NCBI GenBank assembly: GCA_031411135.1
Contig: JANOAN010000003.1
Location: 10,614 to 74,613 of the forward strand
Source of the DNA: a bacterium
GTDB taxonomy: Bacteria > Patescibacteriota > Minisyncoccia > Phycocordibacterales > CAIZLB01
Reading direction: 5' to 3'
DNA length: 64,000 nucleotides
Part shown: piece by piece, positions 47,883 to 57,930 of the stretch
Numbering within the stretch: position 1 is the stretch's first letter
Layout of the letters: every line of letters begins with the position of its first letter
Made by a program: the position numbers and the translations under genes
Notes under the pieces: generated by a model
The model's input: the letters and a program-made list of their open reading frames with translations, nothing else
Database searches by the model: none
What the model was told of the DNA's origin: nothing

Positions 47883-48644
47883 ATGGTGTACTCGGCAAAG
47901 ATCTTTGATCTGGTCAATTGTCAGAGTAATTTCACAAACCACCAACAAGAAAGGATTATTCATATGCTAAGTAATGTCAGACACGAAAGCAAAGTAAATA
48001 CCAACGGAAGAAGTGCAGTGTGTGGTTACGCAAAAGCTGAAGAAAGGAACCATCCTGTAGCCGTAGTAATATTCATAATCATACTGGCAGCACTTACTGC
48101 CGAGTTCGTGATTATCCCTTGGAAGAACAGGACGAAGACGGCAGAAGTGACTTCGGTTCAAGTTTTACCGCTCACCTACATTGAGGAAGCACGTGTAGAG
48201 AAAACCCTCCTCGCCCTCAAAGCGTGGACGGAATCGAGCGAATCCAGAAGTAAAGTCATGGACGAGACCATTCGTCAAATGACTGACGCAGTAACGTCGG
48301 AAATCTACTGGCACCAGACGAATGAAAAGGAACGCAAGGTGCTACGAGAGGTTATCGAGGGCAAGGAGAGGAAGAATATTCCCATTCCCTCTGGACTGCA
48401 AGAAAGTCTGGCAAAGTTGGGAGACTTCGAAGCTTCGATTCCCCACCTGTGGAACAAGGACTTCAACCTCCCTTCCACACTGTCGCGACTTGAGGCGGAT
48501 AAAATCAAGACAGCCGCTGGCAAGACTGTTTATGAGAAGTTCAAGAGGTGGAGAGCAGATGAAGAAGATGTAACGAGGTACGTCCTCGGTATCGTCCCGT
48601 CTCGAGCGACCCCATTGCCCCCGCAGATCAAGAAAAAGCGCTAA
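47883..48644 (+). CDS. hypothetical protein (GC-rich), one TM
   Basis: ORF with an upstream TTGACA-like promoter at 47850 and a downstream hairpin terminator. Confidence 0.45.
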   Translation: MVYSAKIFDLVNCQSNFTNHQQERIIHMLSNVRHESKVNTNGRSAVCGYAKAEERNHPVAVVIFIIILAALTAEFVIIPWKNRTKTAEVTSVQVLPLTYIEEARVEKTLLALKAWTESSESRSKVMDETIRQMTDAVTSEIYWHQTNEKERKVLREVIEGKERKNIPIPSGLQESLAKLGDFEASIPHLWNKDFNLPSTLSRLEADKIKTAAGKTVYEKFKRWRADEEDVTRYVLGIVPSRATPLPPQIKKKR

Positions 48645-48723
48645 CGCACCGTCGCTGATGGTCCCTTCTTTGGGGCCGTCAGCGATTTTCTTTTATATGA
48701 AGTTTATGGTAATTTAAGCGAAT

Positions 48724-48798
48724 GCTCTCGTCGTTCAATGGATAGGACGTAACTTTGCGGAAGTTATGATACAGGTTCGATTCCTGTCGAGAGCACCA
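48724..48798 (+). tRNA. tRNA-Arg (anticodon reads GCG), encoded CCA
   Basis: GCTCTCG acceptor, D-arm GTTCAATGGATAGGAC, anticodon stem TAACT/AGTTA with loop TTGCGGA, T-arm ACAGG-TTCGATT-CCTGT, CGAGAGC-A-CCA. Confidence 0.7.
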
Positions 48799-48870
48799 CT
48801 AAGGCCGATGCGGAGGCCTCATATTTCTCAACGTTTTTTCGTTGTTGAAATTGAGCACCCCGCTTGGAAT

Positions 48871-50268
48871 CTAACTTTTAGGAAGGATACCTTCTTTTTG
48901 CTGTTTTTGATTGGGCTGACTTACAGGAGGTGTGTCTTTCAACAGCTCATCTGATTCAGTCTTATCAACAGATATCTTTCCATCTTTCAAAATCAATTTG
49001 CTTTTCAGGTTTACTAAAACATGACGTTGTTCGTAAATGTTGCCATCTTTCAGGAGAAACTTCATATATTTTTTGATATCAATATCTCCTAATTCCTTAC
49101 TCTCAAATCCACCTGGATCACCGATGACATCTCTGTGAAAACGATACATTCGATTTACATCCATATCCATCTGTCCTCGTACGCCGAGTTCGTTAATGGA
49201 TAATTCATCAACTATCTCACAGAGTGATTTTATGAGATCCTCCTCACGGATATATGTCATAGGACAATGATGATCTTTTGTCCTTGAACAACCATAATAG
49301 ACGTATCTCATAATAGTTCCGTCTTTCAAAGCTTTAAACTTTTCTTCAGCAGTAACACTTGAACCACAGAGTCCGCATTTAATTAAATGTGTGTAAGCAA
49401 AATCTTTTTTGTAAATCCGTGTCGCTCGTTTTTTCTTCTTCATTTCTTCTCGCACTTTATCAAAAAGTTCCTTTGTGATGAGTGGTTTATGTACACCATG
49501 GTACCAATTACCGCTTTTCTTAGGGTACTCAAACATGCCGTAATAAAAAGTTCTAGTGAGAGCTAGTTGTACACCACTTAATGCAATATGTTTTCCGTTT
49601 GGTGATCTAAAGTCTAGTTCATCAGTAAGCCAATCTCGTATACGATGTTGACTCCAACCCTCGGACGCTTTTTCAAACATCATTTGGACTATGTGTGCTC
49701 GAACTGGATCTATCTTCACAATACCTCGATTACCTTTCTCTCCAACATTCGTGTATCCCAAAGGTGCAACCCCTGGCCACAACCCTTTTTCTACAAGAGT
49801 TCTCAAACCTCTTTTTACATTTATACCTTTAGTATCATTTTCAAGTTTTGCTTGTGATCCAAGAATCATGAGTAGAAATTTCTCGTTAGGTGAGTTAGAA
49901 AAGTTTTGATTATATGTCCTGATTTCTAAAAGTTGCTTACTATCCATAAGATCAATCAGTCTACCTAGATCACCTGCATTTCGGCTAAGTCTATCTGGAT
50001 GCCACGTAAGGATTGCATTGTATTTTCCAGCCTTTATCTCGTCGATCATTTTATTAAAAACTTCACGCTCACCAGAATTTTTAGCTGAGTGGGCTTCAGT
50101 TTTTACTGTCACTACTGAAAGATGATCTCGTTCGGCAAGTTTATTCATCTCACTTATCTGAGATTCAATTGACAAAGCTTGTCGTTCTTCGTCCTCGCTA
50201 GATTTTCTGGCGTAGAGGCAGTAGATGAGGGCTGGAGATGGCACTTCTTTTACAGCAGAGTTTTCCAT
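48871..50268 (-). CDS. large serine recombinase (resolvase/invertase N-terminal catalytic domain + recombinase domain + zinc ribbon)
   Basis: 'LYARKSSEDEERQALSIESQ' catalytic Ser region, 'PLGYTN', and a 'CGLCGS...YYGCS...HHCP' Zn ribbon. Confidence 0.85.
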   Translation of the reverse strand: MENSAVKEVPSPALIYCLYARKSSEDEERQALSIESQISEMNKLAERDHLSVVTVKTEAHSAKNSGEREVFNKMIDEIKAGKYNAILTWHPDRLSRNAGDLGRLIDLMDSKQLLEIRTYNQNFSNSPNEKFLLMILGSQAKLENDTKGINVKRGLRTLVEKGLWPGVAPLGYTNVGEKGNRGIVKIDPVRAHIVQMMFEKASEGWSQHRIRDWLTDELDFRSPNGKHIALSGVQLALTRTFYYGMFEYPKKSGNWYHGVHKPLITKELFDKVREEMKKKKRATRIYKKDFAYTHLIKCGLCGSSVTAEEKFKALKDGTIMRYVYYGCSRTKDHHCPMTYIREEDLIKSLCEIVDELSINELGVRGQMDMDVNRMYRFHRDVIGDPGGFESKELGDIDIKKYMKFLLKDGNIYEQRHVLVNLKSKLILKDGKISVDKTESDELLKDTPPVSQPNQKQQKEGILPKS

Positions 50269-50309
50269 AACTCATATTTTAATAAAAATACAGATGGAAA
50301 TCTAGATAT

Positions 50310-51629
50310 TTATTCCATCATCAGCTTCTTATCCTTCAGCAATATTCTACTCTTAATACAACTTAGCACTTCTCGCTTCTGCAACATCGTCCCGTGCTGA
50401 AGCATATGCTTTGCAAATGTTTTGATTGATACGTCTTTGTGCTTCTTCGATTGCCCTAGATCCACCCCAAGCACTCCAGTCTGGAAAAGTGCATATCGTG
50501 CCACTTCTTCTTGAAGCTTCTGCTTCAGTTCTGATTTATCCATGCTCATCTTGTCTATTATCGGTAACATCTCTGATATCAATATATCCTCTTTCACTGA
50601 CTCGTTCGGACAGTCTCGATCCTTCAATTTGGTGCACCTGTAGTAGACATGAGCGTTGAAACCACCATCCTTCAATTCCTTGATCTTCTCCTCTGCTGTT
50701 ATGCCCGATTCGCAGTAGGCACAGTGGAGCATTCTGGTGAAGGCAAACTCTCTGCCGTAGGCTTTTTTCTTCTCAACCCTGATTTTGTCCTGCACCAGAT
50801 CGAAAAGTTCCTTGGTGATGATCGGTGTATGCTTGCCTGTATACCAGTCACCGCTTCCAACAGGATATTCAAACACTCCGTAGTAGAAGGTCAGCCTTAA
50901 TATTCGGTAGATATTACCTAATGTCATCGGCTTGTTGCCTCTTGTTACAAATTTCACATCTTTGAGCCACCTATATATCTTCCTACCAGAGTAGTTTTCA
51001 GTGGCTACTTTTTCAAATATTTCTTTTATGAGTGGTGCTCTTACGGGATCAACTTCCACCTGACACTTTTTATCCACATTTTTGCTGTTTAGGTATCCAG
51101 TTGGTGCTGTGCATGGCCAGAGTCCCATCTGGCATCTTGCCCTTAGGCCTCGCTTCACATTTACCACCTTATTGTCGTTCTCAAGCTTTGCCTGTGATCC
51201 TAGAATCATGAGCATAAATTTCTCATTCGGCGTGTTGCTGAACTTTTGTCCATAGGTGCGTATCTCATGAAGCTTCTTCTGATCCATCAAGTCTACGATT
51301 CTTCCAAGATCACCTGCGTTTCGTGCAATTCTATCAGGTGCCCACGTCAGTATTCCATTGAACTTACCCTGATTGATCTCATTCACGATTTCGTTGAACA
51401 CTGGTCGTTGCCCCGCTTCCTTGGCAGAATGCGACTCTTGTTTTCTTGCCACAATCTCTAATCCCTCATTAATCGCCATCTTCTCCATTTCCCGTATCTG
51501 GCTATCAATGGAGAGTACCTGCTTATCCTCCTGTTCTGTACTTTTCCTTGCGTAAAGCACGTATTTAACCCTTACAGGGATTGATATTTTGGCCTCCATC
51601 CCCACTGGCCTTTGTATTGTATGATCCAT
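50310..51629 (-). CDS. large serine recombinase, paralog of 48871..50268
   Basis: 'LYARKSTEQEDKQVLSIDSQ', 'PTGYLN', and 'CAYCESGITAEEK...YYRCTKLKDRDCP'; ~45% identical to the neighbouring recombinase. Confidence 0.85.
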   Translation of the reverse strand: MDHTIQRPVGMEAKISIPVRVKYVLYARKSTEQEDKQVLSIDSQIREMEKMAINEGLEIVARKQESHSAKEAGQRPVFNEIVNEINQGKFNGILTWAPDRIARNAGDLGRIVDLMDQKKLHEIRTYGQKFSNTPNEKFMLMILGSQAKLENDNKVVNVKRGLRARCQMGLWPCTAPTGYLNSKNVDKKCQVEVDPVRAPLIKEIFEKVATENYSGRKIYRWLKDVKFVTRGNKPMTLGNIYRILRLTFYYGVFEYPVGSGDWYTGKHTPIITKELFDLVQDKIRVEKKKAYGREFAFTRMLHCAYCESGITAEEKIKELKDGGFNAHVYYRCTKLKDRDCPNESVKEDILISEMLPIIDKMSMDKSELKQKLQEEVARYALFQTGVLGVDLGQSKKHKDVSIKTFAKHMLQHGTMLQKREVLSCIKSRILLKDKKLMME

Positions 51630-51634
51630 ACCTA

Positions 51635-51684
51635 CATTGATGACAGAGACCCTCCGAGGAGTCTAGGAGGGGTCAGTTGGTAAC
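51635..51684 (+). repeat. 50-bp direct repeat copy A (duplicate of the KAP gene RBS/start region)
   Basis: 'cattgatgacagagaccctccgaggagtctaggaggggtcagttggtaac' versus 52084..52133, about 80% identical. Confidence 0.6.
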
Positions 51685-52022
51685 TAATTTCGCTCAATCT
51701 CTGATTTTTTGCTCAATCCTTTCTCTTTAAAAAACCCGTCTATCATTTTTACGTTACCTTTCGCTCCAACGTGCCAGATGTTAACTTCGTTAACTGGAAT
51801 GATTTCTTTGTAATCGTAAATTGTTACCACTGTAGGCTTTTTATGTTTTGTTTTGAAAGACCATTCGACACGCACCTTTCCATCGCTAGATTTCCACCTT
51901 TCATCAGTAACTCTGTCGTTGGGTTTACCTAGACAACTGACAAGATGCTCGTATGAAGAAATGGTATATCCACTGAAACTTGAGCCGTTTATATCCTTTG
52001 GTTCTGCTTTGATGAATTTCAT
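51684..52022 (-). CDS. hypothetical protein (112 aa) flanked by direct repeats
   Basis: ORF bracketed by the two 50-bp repeats. Confidence 0.45.
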   Translation of the reverse strand: MKFIKAEPKDINGSSFSGYTISSYEHLVSCLGKPNDRVTDERWKSSDGKVRVEWSFKTKHKKPTVVTIYDYKEIIPVNEVNIWHVGAKGNVKMIDGFFKEKGLSKKSEIERN

Positions 52023-52083
52023 ATGTTTTTTGCTTGTTAATTCGGCCTACGTCAGAGTCACTTGTAGCGGGTTTTCACAAACA

Positions 52084-52133
52084 CATTGATGACGCAGACC
52101 ACTTAGGAAGTCTAGGAGGGGTGAGTTGGTAAT
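52084..52133 (+). repeat. 50-bp direct repeat copy B, containing the AGGAGG RBS and TTG start of the KAP NTPase gene
   Basis: 'cattgatgacgcagaccacttaggaagtctaggaggggtgagttggtaat'. Confidence 0.6.
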
Positions 52134-54897
52134 TTTTAGCCTTAAAAACTTAGTAAATAGGCAATTTTTATGGTATAATGTTGTCATCATGTCAGAAGAC
52201 GAGCAAGATAAAATCAGCAAATGGGACACGCCTTCCAAGAAGGACATGTTCGGCCGTGAGCCGTTTGTAGATACGATAGTAAAAACAATCCAATCGTCTC
52301 AAGAAGGCTTTAACTTGGGTGTCTCTGCTCGATGGGGAGAAGGTAAATCATCAATCTTAGAACAGCTCCAGCCAAAACTAGAAGAGTTGAATTACAAAGT
52401 CTTAACTTTTTCTCCTTGGAAATATACACAGGACAATATATCAATTAAAAGAAAGTTTATAATCGATATCTACTCCCAACTTGGAGAGGATTATGATGAT
52501 ACTGAACTATACAGTTCAACAGAAAGTCAGAAAGAACTAAAAATTGATGCTTACGATAGTATATTTTTTAATAGACTCGGAATTTTTATTCGCTACGGCC
52601 TAACGGTATCTATTTTATTTTTGGCAGTTCTTTTTATTATAAAGTATTGGTTTGGATTTACAATAAATATTACACAGACTTTTTCCACCAATTTATTTAT
52701 TCCTATACTTGCAGCACTTTTACCCATTGTCACAAAAATTACAGAAGTGACGGTAAAACATACAACCCCAAAAATAGAATCTGCCGAGCAATTTGAAAAA
52801 AGATTTAATGACGTTATAAACGGAATAATGGGCACCCATAAATCGCCGGGGAAAATAATCATTTTTGTCGATGATCTTGATCGATGCAATCATGTTGAAG
52901 TTGAACAGATACTTACAGCTTTATTTACATTTTTCAACAATAAGCATTGTACTTATGTGATTACAGCTGATCACACTGTTATTCGAAGATATATAAGTAG
53001 TTTCTTAAAGCTAGAAAACGATCTTAAAGATGATGGAACGGTAGATATGAAAAAGACAGAAGAGACTAGACAAAAAGAGGCGACGGAATATTTAAAAAAG
53101 ATTTTTCAGATTAACTTTATTGTTCCAAGGATACCTAGTGATCTACTTGAACCTTGGATAAGTGACCTACTGAAGGCCAGTCCTGTTATTGAGTTCAAGA
53201 ACCATTACGCAAAAGATTATTTAGTAAACCTCATACTTAATAATTTTCAGGGCAATCCCAGAAAGATAAAGCACTTTATTCGAACTTTAGCATTCCAATT
53301 AGAAGCAATTAATGAAAAAATCCAATGTCTTGCGGATCAAAAGGTAGATGAGAGTAAAAACCTCAACAAGGTTAAGGATTCTCCAGAGCTTTTAGCAAAA
53401 ATACTCATTCTCCAAGATAGGTTCCCTAACTTTTACGAGAAGATCGTATTAGAGCCAAAGCTTTTACAAAGACGTGAAGCTGGCGAGATGGATGAAGACA
53501 AAGAATTACAGAACCTTCTTGCTCAAGAGCCAAAATTCTTTAATTCGCTGACTCGTAATTCTACTCTGAAGACTATCGACCCTTATTACTTCCTGTACTT
53601 CTCAGGATCGACTGGCTTCGTGGAAACTGCTGTAGTCGACCCAGCGGAGGTCAAGGCTCTTGCAAGAAGTGCAGACTTTGACGGACTCACAAAAATAATT
53701 CGAGGTTTGACCGATGAGCCGAGAAACATGCAAGTTGAACATATAAAGCTTGAATTTGATTCTCCACAAATACAACCACCTGAAAAAGTAAATATTGTAA
53801 GAAGTCTTTTCCATACAGTTACTTTAATAGAAGAACCCAGCCTCAGACTCCAAAAGCTTAAAGAAATTCTTGATAATAAGACAAAGTACAAGCTTGAATT
53901 TGCATCCTTGCAGTCGGTTGATTTTGGAAACTTTATAACTTTTGCAGATATTGATGTAATAAACAAACTTTTTGTAGGTACTCCTTTCACAGATATTGCA
54001 ATGCAGACTCAAATTCTTAGTGCATTTATAAGCAAGCAAGATGAAATAAAAAATGTTGATGTTCTAAAAAAGTTTATTCAAGTTATTGCCACTGGCATTT
54101 CTAAGAACGATGCCAATTCTCAATCTTATCTAATATTGGCAAAAAAGATAAGTGATAAAAACTTTCTTGATGCAGATACGCTTCAGAATAGTTTGATTGA
54201 AACATATAAAAAGGCTCCCGATCCTTTAAAACAGGAACTTTTTGATACATTGCTTGATATTAAACCAAAGTTATCTGCACCAAAGCAACAGGAATTTGAA
54301 GAGATAATTCTAGCTGTTATTGAAAAAGACCCTATCGCCGAAAGTCTTGCGATGATTGGCAATATTCCTGTGAAGATTAATAAATCTAAATTAAGTATGT
54401 CGAAAGTCACTTCAGTAGTGAACAAAAGAATTTCTAGTTCAACAGATGTTGAAATTGCTCAGCTTGCAAATATTATGCTTCATCAAGCTATAAAAGATGA
54501 GCTTGGTCCAGATAATACAGAGCTAACACTCATTACTCTGGTCGAATTACTTGATTCTAAGGATCAACCAACGATAGCACTCATAAGAGGACGCCTTCCT
54601 GAATTCATAACTCATTCGACTAATAAGTCAAAGTTGCTAGATCAAGTATTGAAATCTGTAGAAACTGGCCCCCTTACGGAAAGTGCTCAAACGATGGATA
54701 CCTTGAAGAGCATGGATGATTTCTGGAACACCAATCCTTTTTTAAAAAAGGAACTTGTATCTAAATTGAAAGCTTCTTTGAAATGGATCGTGGATAAGGA
54801 TATAAAAAGTTTAGTAACAAAAAGTTTGGGAGAACTCGATCCTCCTCCTGAGCCCAAGAAGAAAAAAGAGTCCACTGAGCCTGCACCAGATAAATAA
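52126..54897 (+). CDS. KAP-family P-loop NTPase
   Basis: Walker A 'GEGKSS', two TM helices inserted before Walker B 'IIIFVDDLDRC' (the KAP hallmark); 923 aa. TTG start with AGGAGG 6 nt upstream. Confidence 0.75.
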   Translation: MVIFSLKNLVNRQFLWYNVVIMSEDEQDKISKWDTPSKKDMFGREPFVDTIVKTIQSSQEGFNLGVSARWGEGKSSILEQLQPKLEELNYKVLTFSPWKYTQDNISIKRKFIIDIYSQLGEDYDDTELYSSTESQKELKIDAYDSIFFNRLGIFIRYGLTVSILFLAVLFIIKYWFGFTINITQTFSTNLFIPILAALLPIVTKITEVTVKHTTPKIESAEQFEKRFNDVINGIMGTHKSPGKIIIFVDDLDRCNHVEVEQILTALFTFFNNKHCTYVITADHTVIRRYISSFLKLENDLKDDGTVDMKKTEETRQKEATEYLKKIFQINFIVPRIPSDLLEPWISDLLKASPVIEFKNHYAKDYLVNLILNNFQGNPRKIKHFIRTLAFQLEAINEKIQCLADQKVDESKNLNKVKDSPELLAKILILQDRFPNFYEKIVLEPKLLQRREAGEMDEDKELQNLLAQEPKFFNSLTRNSTLKTIDPYYFLYFSGSTGFVETAVVDPAEVKALARSADFDGLTKIIRGLTDEPRNMQVEHIKLEFDSPQIQPPEKVNIVRSLFHTVTLIEEPSLRLQKLKEILDNKTKYKLEFASLQSVDFGNFITFADIDVINKLFVGTPFTDIAMQTQILSAFISKQDEIKNVDVLKKFIQVIATGISKNDANSQSYLILAKKISDKNFLDADTLQNSLIETYKKAPDPLKQELFDTLLDIKPKLSAPKQQEFEEIILAVIEKDPIAESLAMIGNIPVKINKSKLSMSKVTSVVNKRISSSTDVEIAQLANIMLHQAIKDELGPDNTELTLITLVELLDSKDQPTIALIRGRLPEFITHSTNKSKLLDQVLKSVETGPLTESAQTMDTLKSMDDFWNTNPFLKKELVSKLKASLKWIVDKDIKSLVTKSLGELDPPPEPKKKKESTEPAPDK

Positions 54898-54956
54898 TCA
54901 AATGTTGGCAACCCATGCTTCGCAAGTCTATATTTTTAAGCTAAGATTCTTCTAAC

Positions 54957-55778
54957 ATGGCAAAGAAAATTTTGACTAACATAAAACAAAAACCTCACTT
55001 CTCTCACAGGGATTTTGTTCTGTATCTTGGCAATTCAACCGATATCCTCAATGAGCTTCCAGAAAATTCCATAGATATGATTTTTGCAGATCCTCCATAC
55101 ATGCTTTCAAACGGAGGATTCACTGTTCATGCAGGAAAGATGGTAAGTGTTGATAAAGGAGACTGGGACAAAAGCAAAGGATTTGATAGCGACTACTCAT
55201 TTCATAGAAAATGGCTAGAGGCCTGCTATCGAGTCCTCAAACCCCAAGGAACCATTTGGGTTAGTGGAACATATCATTCAATCTATCAATGTGGTCACGC
55301 TATTCAGTCTATCGGTTTTCATATTCTCAATGATATAAGTTGGTTCAAGCCGAACGCTTCGCCGAATTTAAGCTGTAGGTTTTTTACAGCCAGTCACGAG
55401 ACATTGCTCTGGGCTAGGAAACATAAAAAAGCAAAGCACACGTTCAATTATGAATTGATGAAAGGTGGAGAATGGTCTGAAGATTTTATTAAAAAACCAA
55501 ATCTACAGATGCGTTCTGTATGGGCAATTAATCCACCCAAAAAAGAAGAGAAAAAATTTACCAAGCATCCGACACAAAAACCACTTTCACTTCTAGAGAG
55601 GATTGTTCTCGCAAGTACAAACAAAGGAGATATAATCCTTGATCCTTTTACCGGTAGTTCCACAACAGGAATCGCTGCTAAAAAACACGGACGAAAGTTT
55701 ATCGGTATTGATACTGAGGAGAAATACTTAGCTCTTTCTCAAAAACGCTTTCAAGATTTAGTCGAGGCTGGTAATTGA
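54957..55778 (+). CDS. DNA N6-adenine methyltransferase, beta class (DPPY before FxGxG), M.DpnIIB/DpnA-like
   Basis: 'IFADPPYM' at aa ~43 and 'ILDPFTGSSTTG' near the C-terminus; 273 aa. Confidence 0.8.
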   Translation: MAKKILTNIKQKPHFSHRDFVLYLGNSTDILNELPENSIDMIFADPPYMLSNGGFTVHAGKMVSVDKGDWDKSKGFDSDYSFHRKWLEACYRVLKPQGTIWVSGTYHSIYQCGHAIQSIGFHILNDISWFKPNASPNLSCRFFTASHETLLWARKHKKAKHTFNYELMKGGEWSEDFIKKPNLQMRSVWAINPPKKEEKKFTKHPTQKPLSLLERIVLASTNKGDIILDPFTGSSTTGIAAKKHGRKFIGIDTEEKYLALSQKRFQDLVEAGN

Positions 55779-56616
55779 CTATTACTACTTCGGATATCTT
55801 TCCTCTCTTGTCAGATTTTGAATTAATCATTCGGCTAGCATATACAGGAATCTGCTTATAGCCAGAATATATTTCCTTAATGAATGGTGCACTAGAATTA
55901 CTAAGCATTACATATACGCCCTTTTTATCTAGCTCGATAAATAAATCTCTAAGCTTTATTTGATCATCCTTAGAGAAACTATCTTTACTATAACTTGTAA
56001 ATGATGATGTCTCTGATAAAGGATGGTACGGGGGGTCGAAGTATACAAAGTCTCCAGCCTTAGCATTTTTCACAGCATCAGCAAAGGATCCACTAGTAAT
56101 TTTTGTATGAGAAAGCATCTCAGATACAAGTTTTAGGTTTTCTTCGTCCACAATCTTTGGATTCGTATAGCTTCCCATAGGAACATTAAATCCACCCTTT
56201 GAGTTTTCTCTATAGACACCATTGAAGGCTGTCTTGTTTAGAAAAAGAAAGTATAGACTCTTTTTGAAATCGTCAGCAGGGAGTGAATTATACTTTTCTC
56301 TGATTGAGTAATAAAACTCTTTTCTTTCTTCTGTATTTTTTGATATAAAATCTTTCTCAATTTTTCTTAAAGACTTAATCAATTCGCCAACATTATCTTT
56401 GATGTTTTTATAGGTTTGAACTAGAGTCTTGTTCACATCGTTTATGTGAGCCTTCTTTGGATTCAATGCAAAGAATACCGCACCTCCACCGATAAACGGT
56501 TCAAAATACGAATTGTACTTTTGGGGAAAGAGAGCATCTAACTGTGTCAAAAGCTGGGTCTTACCCCCAACCCATTTAAGGAACGGCTTAGCTTTCTTAG
56601 AAATATCTATCTTCAT
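55699..56616 (-). CDS. Dam-family DNA adenine methyltransferase (alpha class), M.DpnIIA/DpnM-like, probable GATC specificity
   Basis: 'LKWVGGKTQL', 'FEPFIGGGAVFF' and 'FVYFDPPYHP'. Confidence 0.8.
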   Translation of the reverse strand: MKIDISKKAKPFLKWVGGKTQLLTQLDALFPQKYNSYFEPFIGGGAVFFALNPKKAHINDVNKTLVQTYKNIKDNVGELIKSLRKIEKDFISKNTEERKEFYYSIREKYNSLPADDFKKSLYFLFLNKTAFNGVYRENSKGGFNVPMGSYTNPKIVDEENLKLVSEMLSHTKITSGSFADAVKNAKAGDFVYFDPPYHPLSETSSFTSYSKDSFSKDDQIKLRDLFIELDKKGVYVMLSNSSAPFIKEIYSGYKQIPVYASRMINSKSDKRGKISEVVIVNYQPRLNLESVFEKELSISPQYQYR

Positions 56617-56696
56617 GTATTGATTTTATCATTTTTTGATACCGATTCCTATCTTTCATTGTTCTAAGCCCTATTTTGTGATTTAATTGCATTATT

Positions 56697-57230
56697 ATGA
56701 AAGTCGGAGGTATCGGAGGAACAAACACAAAGTCGGGGCTACACTTTGAAGGAAAGGTGGATTTTCTCGAGGCCCTCAAAATAGTAAAGGGCTATGAAAT
56801 AAAGGATGACGGGTCTATCCTTTTCGAAGGTAAGGTTGTAGCTCTCAATCTCCGAAAATACAAGCTCTACGAATTTCTAGAAAGTAAAGGTGTTAATCAC
56901 AAAGAAATACTTTCAAAACGTCTTCTCCCTGATGATGCTATCTTGGTACTCAACACGAATTCATTTTACGTAATTGAAATTAAATTCCAACAGGTTGCTG
57001 GTTCTGTGGACGAAAAATTGCAGACATGCCATTTCAAAAAGAGACAGTACGAAAAATTGATGAATTCACTCGGTGTAAAAGTGGAATATATCTACATCTT
57101 AAGTGACTGGTTCCAAGCTCCTGCGTACAAGGATGTTCTCGCTTACATTAAAGAGGTTGATTGCGATTATTTCTTCGAAGAAATAACTCTAAACCGTCTC
57201 GGGCTCCCATCTCCAACAGAGACTATCTAA
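56697..57230 (+). CDS. putative PD-(D/E)xK restriction endonuclease (short; DpnII/MboI-like catalytic core)
   Basis: 'DDAILVLNTNSFYVIEIKFQQVAGSVDEKL' resembles the R.DpnII 'DFVIKNEQVLYLIEVNFYSGSGSKLNE' core. Only 177 aa, so it lacks the DpnII N-terminal domain. Confidence 0.4.
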   Translation: MKVGGIGGTNTKSGLHFEGKVDFLEALKIVKGYEIKDDGSILFEGKVVALNLRKYKLYEFLESKGVNHKEILSKRLLPDDAILVLNTNSFYVIEIKFQQVAGSVDEKLQTCHFKKRQYEKLMNSLGVKVEYIYILSDWFQAPAYKDVLAYIKEVDCDYFFEEITLNRLGLPSPTETI

Positions 57231-57846
57231 ATCCTGGCATTGCTGATTGAAGTACTTCTGTATAGTGTTTCTTGTCGTCGATATAATCTCTAAGCGTAAG
57301 TAGTAGGTTTTTAAACATATAAGCCTCGGTATAAATCTTTTCATTCTTGCAGAAAAGTTCAATCATTATCGCAACGTAATCTAAAGACAGGGTGTAATCC
57401 TGCTCAATGTGTGCATACTTTTGTGTAATCTCATCAACGGTTTCAAGTTTATAGTTATTCCTATCTTCAACCGATGCGAAAGGCGTAGTTCTCTCATAAA
57501 AATCAATGTAGTACTGAACTATCTCTCGAACGTCTTTGCGATACTGAGGGATTTTCAGAAGAAGATCGACAACCCAAAATGTATGAGTCGGCGGTGTCAT
57601 TATTTTGTTCACTCCTGGCACGAGAATTTTTACTACGAAATCAATATCTGGTCTTGCACCTCTACTTCCTTGAAATAGACCAATCAAAGTTCCGTCTTTT
57701 GTGACATATGTCTTAAAAGCAGTTAGACGAGGTCTCAGTTGAGCGAGATTAGTTCCATCATAATATCTAGAGTTGTATTCGTGTGACATTACAGAAAGTA
57801 TAGCAAAAGCTAGGCTGTTGGTAACTAGAGCTTCGCAACCCTCCAT
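57223..57846 (-). CDS. hypothetical protein (207 aa)
   Basis: ORF convergent with the nuclease gene (8-nt overlap). Confidence 0.45.
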   Translation of the reverse strand: MEGCEALVTNSLAFAILSVMSHEYNSRYYDGTNLAQLRPRLTAFKTYVTKDGTLIGLFQGSRGARPDIDFVVKILVPGVNKIMTPPTHTFWVVDLLLKIPQYRKDVREIVQYYIDFYERTTPFASVEDRNNYKLETVDEITQKYAHIEQDYTLSLDYVAIMIELFCKNEKIYTEAYMFKNLLLTLRDYIDDKKHYTEVLQSAMPGFR

Positions 57847-57930
57847 ATCTAAGCTAAGGTACAGACAGATACCTCAGTTTTTGGTATCATGGTAATCACA
57901 ACAAAGACCTAACCCCTAGAAAACCCTTAG

